From Octopus sinensis (taxonomy: Eukaryota), in the NCBI RefSeq assembly GCF_006345805.1, contig NC_043021.1:12524001-12588000 (forward strand): a stretch of 64,000 bases of DNA, given 5' to 3'. This document shows positions 10,293-21,540 of the stretch, in pieces. Made by a program: the position numbers and the translations under genes. Every line of letters begins with the position of its first letter. Within the stretch, counting starts at the first letter, position 1. Under the pieces are notes generated by a model. That model did no database searches. It was not told the DNA's origin and was given only the letters and a program-made list of their open reading frames with translations.

Positions 10293-12105
10293 TGTATGTA
10301 TGTATGTATAGTTTACTGTTTCATTATAGGTAGGATAAACAAAAAACATACTCCATCAAAGGCAAAGTTGACTGTGGCAGAATTTGAACTCAGAATGTAG
10401 AGACAGATGAAATGCTGCCATGAATTTTGGCGAACAAAGCTAACGAGTCAGCCAGGCATAAAGGAATTGGTCATAAATTTGGCATGATATTTCTCCAGTT
10501 GTGACAGCACAGTCACAGAGCCAGAAGTTCCAGCTAATTTGTCTCTCCCAGGGTGTATAGATTGTTGTTTGTATTCTTCATTCAAAGACCAACAGGGAAA
10601 ATACTCTGTGTGGTAAATAAAGCTTTTGTTAATTGTTAGTGAGCATTGTTCATCACTTACAAGTAGCCAACAAACCAAGACAACCATTATAGAACACATC
10701 ATATTTGACTTTGGATTGTAACAGTTGGATTTGACCCCACTTTTTGCTACATAGACACCACAAGTTGATCATGTGCACAAACCCAATTTCAGTCTAACCA
10801 ATGGCTTTTGTTCATGTGATAGTCTAATAGCATGACTAGAACCTTCTTTGAACAAAGCCTACAAATACAGTTCATTTGAGTGTGAAAACTTCTGAGTGAT
10901 TCTGGCCTTTAGTGGTTTTCACTCTCTAAACATAACTGTTTTCACAGCTACATATTCAGCCTGGCACAATAGAAGAAGAAAACACACCACAACAACAGGA
11001 ATACGTATTGATGTATAAAAATTAGTCCAAATATTGAATTTCTGATGAAAACTTTCTGTACTTGTCATATACATCATTTCATCTGAATATTTCTTTTATT
11101 GTATTGCATGAGCATCTTCTATATAAATATAATATCATCATCATCATCGTTTAATGTCCACTTTCCATGCTAGCATGGGTTGGAAGATTTGACTGACGTC
11201 TGGCGAACCAGATGGCTGCACCAGACTCCAATCTGATCTGGCAGAGTTTCTACAGCTGAATGCCCTTCCTAATTCCAACCACTCTTACGTGCCACTGGCA
11301 CGAGGGCCAGTCAGGTGGTACTGGCAGTGGCCACGCTCAAATGGTGCTTTTTATGTGCCACCTGCACAGGAGCCAGTCCAGTGGCACTGGCAACGACCTT
11401 GCTCGAATAACAGAAAAGCCATTGGAAGACCAATTATAGCAGCAACTCCATAAATTCCTGGGGATATTCTGAAGATGGAATTTTTATTCTGAAATATTAT
11501 ATCAGACTAGGGATGATTAAATTAAAACAGTTCTTATAGTCCATTGTCTGTATTATAGTGCATTGTTGTGTCATTCAAAGCATTTTATTCTTTACAAACA
11601 ATAAATTATGTTCAAATTTTGGCACAAGGCCAGCAGTTTTGGGGGAGGGGGATTATCGATTACATCAACCCTTGTGCCTAACTGGTACTTATTGTACTCC
11701 GAAAGGATGAAAGGCAAAGTCGACCTCGGCGGAATTTGAACTCAGAACGTAGCAACGGGTGAAATACTGCTAAGCATTTTGTTCAGCGTGCTAATGATTC
11801 TGCCAGCTTGCTGCCTTTATAATAATAATATTGATGATGATGGTTTAAAACTTTGTCACAAGGGCAGCCATTTTGAGGGATGAGTCAATTACACTGACCT
11901 CAATGTTTCACTAGAACTTAATTTATTGACCCCGAAAGGATGAAAGGCAAAGTCTTTGATAATAATAATAATAATAATAATGATTTCTTTTAATTGCCAC
12001 CAGGGCAAAGGATGAAGGGAACAATACAAAGACAGACATAAAGTGAGAGGGTTTACATATAATAGAATGATAAAAAAAAACAAAGAAAAGTATAAAAGGT
12101 AGTAA

Positions 12106-12716
12106 TAATAATAATAATAATTAATTCTTTTATTGGCCACAAAGGCTGACAAAAATTAATTAAAACATAAAGGGACAAAACAGGATGAAAGGTTACAAAG
12201 GGTTTTATCCGTTTGTAAAGAAGCGTGTAAAAACAGTGTAACAACGAAAAATTATAACAATGAAAAACTCCCAATAGGGGGAGGCGTTACGAAAGGTTCC
12301 TGATGGAAAAACCCATAAAAGCCAGCGGGAGCCTGGTCAAAAGGGGGGTAGAGAGCCCCTTTCTCCTTTTGTAATACCTTTTTAAATTACAGGTGTATCC
12401 TCAGAATGGCTCCTTTCACACTGGCCATTCTTGCGACATTTATCCACCTTTCAGTAAACTTGCTATCGGACAGCACTTCCCTCTCTACTCTCACCTTCCT
12501 TTTCAAGTGAAACTTGAAAAAGTTGATGAGGCCTGGGCCAAAGAGAAAAGTGTCTGACCTTAGCCCTTTCAAACGGGTCTACCATACCACCTCTTTCACT
12601 ACAGCCACTAGGCAAAGGAAAACTGCCTTGCCCTCCTGGTTAAAGGATGTTGGCGGGGCAATCCTCCCTATGGATCCAGCTGATAGCCGGATCTGTCCTA
12701 TATGCGACAGTAGCTA
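12106..12716 (-). mobile_element. Tx1/L1-clade LINE 3' end with (ATT)n tail, inside an (AAT)n tract
   Basis: Minus strand VFLCLVAVVKEVVW*TRLKG..FFKFHLKRKVRVEREVLSDSKFTERW; pyrimidine-rich 3' UTR; (AAT)n on both sides. Confidence 0.7.
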
Positions 12717-13394
12717 ATAATAATAATAATTTCTGCTATAGAAATTTTGGAGTAGGGAGCACATATATATATATATATATGTGTGGTAAGTAGCTTGCTT
12801 ACCAACCACATGGTTCCAGGTTCAGTCCCACAGTGCAGCACCTTGGGCAAGTGTCTTTTACTATAGCCTCAGGTTGACTACAGCCTTGTGAGTGGGTTTG
12901 GTAGACGGAAACTGAAAGAAGCCCGACGTATACGTATATGTATGTTTTTTGTTTCCTCCCCCCCACCATCGCTTGACAACCGATGTTGGTGTGTTTACGT
13001 CTCCCCGTTACTTAGAGGTTCGGCAAAAAGAGACCGATAGAATAAGTACTGGGCTTACAAAGAATAAGTCCTGGGGTCGATTTGTTCGACTAAAAGTGGT
13101 GCTCCAGCATGGCCGCAGCCAAATGACTGAAACAAATAAAGTAATAAAAGAGTATATTTATGCATATATAATATAAATATATATATATACAGTATATACA
13201 TAATATAATTTATATATATGTATGTGTATGTGTGGATATATATATATACATATGTATGTGTGTTTGAGAGAGAGAGAGAGAAAGAGAGAGATTGTATGTC
13301 TATATATTGTCTGTTAGAAGAGGCATTAAGAGAAAGAGAGCATTTCTAAAGAGTCGAAATTTCCCCTCTATCTTAGACTGCTGCTAAGCTGTGG

Positions 13395-13591
13395 TGTTTT
13401 CGCCATGTGTCTGCTGGTGACTGCGTAAATGTGCGCGTGCGAATGCATGCGCGCGCACGCGCGTTCGAGTGCGTATATATATATATATATATATATAAAA
13501 GAGAGAGGAGCGATCGATCGAGTGAGTGAGTGAGTGGTGTCAGAAGCGGCTGCTGTAGTCAAACGTTAGCAGCATTTAGCAAGATGGCTGC
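13395..13591 (+). promoter_or_regulatory. Deltex proximal promoter: CpG-rich, alternating purine-pyrimidine tract, YY1/TISU-like start context
   Basis: TGCATGCGCGCGCACGCGCGT at 13444-13464; CAAGATGGCTGC at 13580-13591 (11/12 match to SAASATGGCGGC). Confidence 0.55.
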
Positions 13592-13788
13592 CCCTGGCTC
13601 CATGGATATGATTGTCGTGTGGGAATGGTTTATGCAAGGGGTTTGGCGACCCTACGATCCACTCATCACAAATTTCATCGAGAAATACAGAGCGATAAAC
13701 AGCCGTATAAACCTCGGTGCTGTGGATCAAAAGTTAGTTATGTACGATATAGATTTCGTCACCCAAACACAAGTGCGGCACGGTACAG
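13584..13788 (+). CDS. DTX1: Deltex exon 1 (WWE1): [26 protein letters not shown]...TQVRHGT
   Basis: ATG in CAAGATGGC context; WWE signature; donor CAG|GTAAAC at 13789, phase 1. Confidence 0.93.
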
Positions 13789-16680
13789 GTAAACAAAAAT
13801 TTTTAATTTGCTGTCTGTCACTGGTTTGCAATTTGTTTTGTTTTCCCACGGCTAATTACTACAGTTTTCTTGATAACAACGTATAGTACGAAGAACTACA
13901 CACCTGCCGCGTAGAATATTTCTGTTAACGATAAACAGGAAGATGGGGAATATTATCTCGTGTTTAAATTATCATAAACATTATAGTAGTGAAGAACTCT
14001 CGGTGATGTCCATTGTCTGGAGACATCCCGGTGCCACCAATTCCCCCCTTGTTTTATTGTCCAGCTTCCTGTATTGTTTTGGTCGTTCATCTTACACGCT
14101 GCCCTTTAAAAAAATACGGTGTTGGCTGAGCTTATGTATTTGTATTTTTTAAAACATTAATATAGGGGAGAAAAGAGTTTTACCGAAATCATATTTAATA
14201 TATTCTCAACATACATACAAACGAACAATATTATATACATACATATATAAATATATATATATATATATATTATTAGTCACTGAAAAGGAGGGTTAAAGCT
14301 GGTGTCGAAAAACTCGAAGTTACTCCCAGATATTTCTGTTATATTATTTAATATATTCTTAATGTACAAATAAGCATTTTCTAAATACTGGTCACCGAGG
14401 GAAGATTAACACTGATGTCAACTCGGAGTAACATCCAATTCACTTATATATTTAATATATTCTCAACATACAAATGAGTATTATGTATGTATTGGTCACC
14501 AGGAAGAGGTAAGACTGATGTCAAGTGAAAATAACACCCAATTACTCCTGTTGTACTCTGTAAACCCAGACATTCAAACACCAGATTTGCCCACCGTTTC
14601 AAAGGGTGCAAAAAAAAAAAAAAAATGAAGAACTGGTTTAATTAATTTTCGACCTTTGCTGGGGGTTTTATCAGAGGTGTCTATATCATTTGACCAATTC
14701 CAAACAAACAAAAAAAAAAAGGTGCCATTCTATTTATATACATATCTAACCTAGTAGCTTCAGAGAACTGGGGGTTACTCATCTGCATGCTATTAATGTT
14801 TAACATTTCATTAAAGGCCTTTCAACAGAGAACCCAATACAGACATTATCAAGGTATGATATAGTATATGGAAACCTACGTAGTAGACTTTTAAAAAATG
14901 TCAGTTTTTACCTATCTCCATAAATTGCAAAAAAAAATCTGAACAGCCTTAATTGATTTTTGACCTTTGAGGGTCTCATCAAACGTGTCTACGTTTTTCA
15001 AGGCAGTGCTCCAGCATGGCTGCAGTCAAAATGACTGAAACAAGTAAAAGACTACAAATGAACAGTATTTTTTATATATTAATCACTAAGAAGAAGGATG
15101 GAGACTGATGTCAAATAACTTACTGTAACTCCCAATTGCTTCTGTTTGAAACCCCAATATATCTTAAAATCTAAGTTTAATTGGAAGACACCATATCCTG
15201 TCTTTTATTGATAATTCTATCTTATTGTTTAGAAAGTATCTCTTTCCCTTGTTGTTTTAGAAAGTTTCTCCATTCCTTTTTCTGCTTCAATGCATTTGTT
15301 TTATATATGTCATCGTTATCATCGTTTAACGTCCGCTTTCCATGCTGGCATGGGTTGGATGGTTTGACTGAGGTCTAGTGAGCCAGAAGGCTGCACCAGG
15401 CTCCAATCTGATCTGGCAGAGTTTCTACAGCTGGATGCCCTTCCTAATGCTAACCACTCCGAGAGTGTAGTGGGTGCTTTAACATGCCATTCAGGTGGTA
15501 CTGGCATCGACCACGCTCAAATGGTGCTTTTTATGTGCCACCTGCACAGGAGCCAGTCAGGCGACGCTGGCAATGACCATGCTCAAATGGTGCTTTTTAT
15601 GTGCCACTTGCACAGGAGCCAGTCAGGCATTGCTGGCAATGATCATGCTTGAATGGTGCTTTTTACATGCCACTGGTACAGGAGCCAGTCATGCAGCACT
15701 GGCAACGATCATGCTTGAATGGTGCTTTTAACATTCCACTGGCACAGGTGCCAGTCAGGCGGTACTGTCATCAACCATGACAACGATGGTACTTGCCTGA
15801 ACAGGTCTTTGCAAGTTTACTGCCCAATGTTTTAAGGTTACTCTTAAATGGGCTGGTTATGCAGCACTGGCATAGGCCACAGTTATGGTCTCACTTGGCT
15901 TTCCCGGTCTGCTCAAGCACAGCATATCTCCAAAGGTCTCAGTTACTTATTATTGCCTCGGAGAGGCCCAATGTTCAAAGGTCATGCTTCACCACCTCGT
16001 CCCAGGTCTTCCTGGGTCTACCTTTTCCACAGGTTCCCTCAACTGCTAGGGTGTGACATTTTTTCACACAGCTGTCCTCATCCATTCGCAACACGTGACC
16101 ATACCAGCGCAGTCGTCTCTCTTGCACCCCACATCTGATGCTTCTTATGTCCAACTTTTCTCTCAGGGCGCTTACTGTTGTGTATGCACACTGACATTAC
16201 ACATCCAGTGGAGCACACTGGTTTCATTCCCTGCAAGCTTACACATCCTCAGCAGTCACAGCCCATGTTCCACTACCATGTAGCATGGTTGTTTGTACAC
16301 ATGCATCATACAGTCTACCTTTTACTCTGAGTGAGAGGCTTTTGTCACCAGCAGAGGTAGGAGCTCTCTGAACTTTGCCCAGGCTATTCTTATTCTAGCA
16401 GTTACACTTTCAGAACAGCCACCCCTGTTACTGACTTGGTCACCTAGATAACGAAAGCTATCAACTACTTGTAGTAGTTTTTTCCCGTGGAATGTGACAG
16501 AAGCTGTTCTCTGCACATTTCAGTGTTTATTGCTCCTGAGCATTTGGCACACACAAAAACTGTCTTCCCAGTTAGCCTTCCTTTGATATTGCTGTATTTA
16601 TATACATGAGTGAATTGGCAAAGAAAAGAAGGACACTCAACCAATATGGCTCAAAATAGTTTAATTCAAACTGTTTTGAT

Positions 16681-16716
<36 letters not shown>

Positions 16717-19700
16717 TTGGTACTCAAGAAGACATGCCCTACACAACAGAACTGAGACCCCAAAACCAAGGTTCCATGTAAAAAGCATTCAGTACACTCT
16801 GTAAAGTAATTAGCATCCAGGAGGGGCATCCAGCGATAGGAACTAAATTCCGTCTGACTCGTGTGTGTGTGTGTATATATATATATATACACACACATAC
16901 ACATGACGGGCTTTTTTCAAATTCACTCACAAGGCTTTGGTCGGCCCAAGACTATAGTAGATGACACTTACCCAAGATGCCATGCAGTGGGACTGAACCC
17001 AGAACTATGCGGTTAGGAAGCAAGCTTCTTACCAAACAGCCACTCCTGTGCCTATAAATATAATGGGCTTCTTCCAGTTTTCTGTCTACCAAAACCACTC
17101 GCAAGGCTTTGGTCAGCCCAAATTTTTTGTGGTTTTCAAAATTAATTGAAACAATGCCTTAGAACTGAAATATGGTAATATAGATTTAAAATTTTGGCAC
17201 AAGGCCAGCAATTTTGTGGAAGGGGCTAAGTCGATTACACTGACCCCAATGCTCAACTGATACTTGTTTTATCAACCCTGAAAGGATGAAAGGCAAAGTT
17301 GACCCTGGTGGCATTTGAACCCAGAATATAAAGATAGATGAAATGCTGCCAAGCTTTTTAGCCCTGTGTGCTAATGATTCTGCCAGCTCACTGCCTTAAA
17401 AAGATGGATGGCAAAGTCGACTTTGGTGGAATTTGAACTCAACATAAAGACCAACAGAGTGCTACTATGCATTTTGCCTGGCATGCTAATGATTCTGCCA
17501 GCTTGCTTCCTTAAAAAGACTAAAGGTTAAGTTAACCTTGGCAGAATTTGAACTGAGAAGGCGGCAAGCTGGCAGAAATGTTAGCATGCTGGGTGAAATG
17601 CTTATTGGTATTTCATCTGCCATTACATACTGAGTTCAAATTCTGCCGAGGTCGACTTTGCCTTTCATCCTTTCAGGGTTGATGTAATCGACTTATTACC
17701 TTTGTCTGTCCTTGTTTGTCCCCTCTGTGTTTAGCCCCTTGTGGGCAATAAAGAAATATGAATTTGGACTCAGAATGTAAAGACGGAGTGAGTGCTGCTA
17801 TGCATTTTGCCTGGTGCGCTAACAATTCTACCAGCTCACTACCTTTAAATAAATGATAATATTAAAAAAAAAATTTTATCACAATATATTTTTTATTATA
17901 TAAAATTTTTTTATTGTTCTGTTTTTTTTTTTTTATTCTTCAGGTACAAGCCGTCCAATAAGGCGCCAGCTTTACCCCCGAGACAATCCCGCAGGAAAAG
18001 GCATTGTTTGGCAATGGGAGGCTGACCAGCCTGGCAACTGGCAAATGTTTGACATGATCACGCTGTGTCTCATTGAGTCTTCCTGGTTACAAGGCTTACA
18101 GAGCGTTGATCTTAGCAAATCACCCAACATTTGTATGCCGTACTTTTTAGATTTGGCTTCCATGAAGCAGATCCGCATTGAGACTGGTAATGCGAGGAAG
18201 ATTCGCCGTACAACGTTGACGTATTTCTACCCGCTGGCCGTAGCTTCTCCCATGATGCCAGCCCTGAACATGCATTCGCCAATGTCGCAGACATCCCCGT
18301 TGGCACAGCAGCAGGTTCCCCCTTCGTTATTGCAGCAGCAACAACAACAACAGCAGCAGCAACAGTTTCAGCAACAACAGCAGCAATCATTGCAGCAGCA
18401 GCAGCAGACATTGCAACAACAACAGCAGCAGACATTGCAACAACAACAACAACAGCAGACATTGCAACAACAACAACAACAGCAGACATTGCAACAACAA
18501 CAACAACAACAGACATTGCAACAACAACAACAACAGCAGACATTGCAACAACAACAACAACAGCAGCAGCATGTCCTGCAACAGCAACACCAGCACCAAC
18601 AGCAACAACAATTTATGTCTCAGTCTATGACCACAGGCCAACAACAGCTGACTTCAGGCCAAGGGAGTGAACATAACATTTCAGATGGTTCGTATCCAGG
18701 TGCAGTTAGCGGGGCACCGGCCACATCTGGTAATGCAACGGGCGCTCCCAGTATAAGACGTTCAAATAGCCAGAACAGTTTCTCGAACAAGGGCAACAAA
18801 CGGTCCCTTCCGAAATCCGCTTCAATACATACGACCCAAGGAGCGCCGCAAATGTTGGCCTCCACATTTTTTAATCCTCACGGGTTTTTAAGTTCCTCCC
18901 CACTCGAGTCAAAGTTGGCTATCGCAAAGAAGCTGAAACTGAACAACATTGGACACAAAGTGCCTTCTGCCTCTGCTGCCATGGCAAATTCGCAACACCC
19001 TTCCGGAAATGCGACGTTGCACCCACAACCGCAGCCAGTTAGCTCCATCTGCTTGAGCCCGGGTAGCCAGTACGGCGTGAATCACCACCAGAACCCCAAC
19101 CACCAGCACCACCCGCACCACAACACCTACATGATTCCCGTAGCACCGCCACCGGCTTCTTGTCAGTTCCCCGCTCATTCGACAGGTGGGAGCTTGCCCG
19201 GAACGGGTGGCAGCGGGAAGCTGCAGAACAACGGGCTCGCAGCTCACAAGCAGCTGCTGGGCCCCCAGTTGATGGCCTCTCCCAACCTCCAATCTCCAAT
19301 GCAACAACAACAACAACAGCAGCAGCAGCAACAACAACAACAACACCCCCACCATCACCACCAACAACAACAACATCAGCATCACCATCAACATCACCCT
19401 CAACAACAACAACAACAGCAGCAGCCACAGCAACAACAACACCAACAAGCACATTTCATTCCAAGCATAACGAGTAACAGTAATATTATTGTTAACCCTA
19501 ATTTAAATACTGCTGGCATGATTGGTGCTGGTAGCAGACTTGGGAATCAGACCCCTTTGTATGCTCACCCATCTCAAATGCAACTGTCACAACACCCTCA
19601 GAGTGCTCACCACAGCGGACAGATGATAGGCCAACAGCAGCAGCCATCCATGTCTTTACAGCCTGTACACTGTCAGCCTCGTCAAGCATATTTACCCCCG

Positions 19701-21485
19701 TACTCCGGCTATAGCAATGGCTTGGACCCTTTAGCTAACGGGGTCCAGTCGACAAGGGCTCTCTTTCACATGCCAGGTGCACACCAACCTTCTCTATCCA
19801 AGTAAGTTCACAAGAAATTTATAACCATTCCAAAATGTATTGAAAGCTTCTGAAAAATCTCGTTATTTGACTTAAACTGTTGTGTGTTTTTTAAAGTTTA
19901 ATTTGAGAAAAATATTTTGCATTTTTAAAAAAAATATTTTGAGTGGTGCAGGCTTAGCTGCATGGCAAGAAGTTTGCTTCCCAACCAAGTTGCTTTGAGT
20001 TCAACCCCTTTATGAGGCATCTTGGGCAAGAGAATTTTATTACAGCTCTAGAATGACTAAAGCTTTGTGAGTGGATTTGGTAGACAGAAACAGAAAAAGC
20101 CTGAAGGCAGCGAGCTGGCAGAAACGTTAGCACGCTGGGCGAAATGCTTACTGGTATTTCGTCTGTCGTCTCCCGTTACGTTCCGAGTTCAAATTCAGCT
20201 GAGGTCGACTTTGCCTTTTATCCTTTTGGGGTCGATAAATTAAGTACCAGTTACGCACTGGGGTCGATGTAATTGACTTAATACCTATGTCTGTCCTTGT
20301 TTGTCCCCTCTATGTTTAGCCCCTTGTGGGTAATAAAGAAATAGGTATTTCGTCTGTCGTTACGTTGTGAGTTCAAATTCCGCCGAGGTCGACTTTGCCT
20401 TTTATCCTTTCGGGGTCGATAAATTAAGTACCAGTTACGCACTGGGGTCAATGTAATCGACTTAATCCCTTTGTCTGTCCTTGTTTATCCCCTCTGTGTT
20501 TGGCCCCTTGTGGGCGATAAAGAAACAAGAAACTGAAAAAGCCTGTTGTGTGTGTCTATATATCATCAACCTCATTTGATGTCTGTTTTCCATGTTGGCA
20601 TGGGTTGGATGGTTTGACAGAAGTTGGCCAGCTGGGAGCTGCTCAGACTCCAATCGTCTGTTATGGCATGTTTTCTCTGGCTGGATGCCCTTCCTAATGC
20701 CAACCATTTTACAGTGTGAAGGGGTGCTTCTTACATACCACCGGCATGAGTGCATTTTATGTGGCACCACCACCTGTAAAAGACAAGCCTGCATTTATGG
20801 ATGACGGCAATTTTACTTAGCTTGTCATGTCTTCTCAAGTACAGCACATCATCACAACTCCTAGTCCTTGTCATTTCCTCAGTGCGGTCCAGCATCTGAA
20901 GCTCTTTTCTCTTCTCTTCGTCCCATGTCTTCCTGGGTCTACCCCTTCCACAGGTTCCCTCCACAATTATAGCTCAGCACTTCTTTACACGGCTGTCCTC
21001 ATCCATATGCATCACATGACCAAACCAGCACAGTCTTCTCTCTTGCACACAACATCTGATGCCTTTAATACCCAGTTTTCCTCTTAAAATCATTTACACT
21101 CTGTCATGCATGCACACTGCTATGTAGCATAGCTATACATACACAGGCATCATACAGTCTGCCTTTCACTCTGAGGGAAAGACTAACAAAGGTAGAAGTT
21201 TTAAGTGTATATACTCTTTACTCTTTTACTTGTTTCAGTCATTTGACTATGGCTATGCTGGAGCACCGCCTTTAGTCGAGCAAATCAACCCCAGGACTTA
21301 TTCTTTGCAAGCATAGTACTTATTCTTATTTCTTTATTGCCCACAAGGGGCTAAACATAGAGGGGACAAACAAGGACAGACAAAGGGATTAAGTACTTAT
21401 TCTGTCGGTCTCTTTTTGCCGAACCACTAAGTTACTGGGACGTAAACACACCAACATTGGTTGTGAAGCGATGTTGGGGGGACAA

Positions 21486-21540
<55 letters not shown>

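Noticed and set aside
13530-13583. Upstream in-frame GTG extending Deltex by 18 aa
   Set aside because: The ATG at 13584 has a strong TISU/Kozak context, and the extension has no Deltex similarity.
15515-15778. Regularly spaced repeats resembling a CRISPR array
   Set aside because: Contiguous tandem units without unique spacers, inside a SINE, in a eukaryotic genome.
18112-19477. Antisense and alternate-frame ORFs (poly-V/A/L, 105-181 aa) over Deltex exon 2
   Set aside because: Shadow frames of CAA/CAG repeats.
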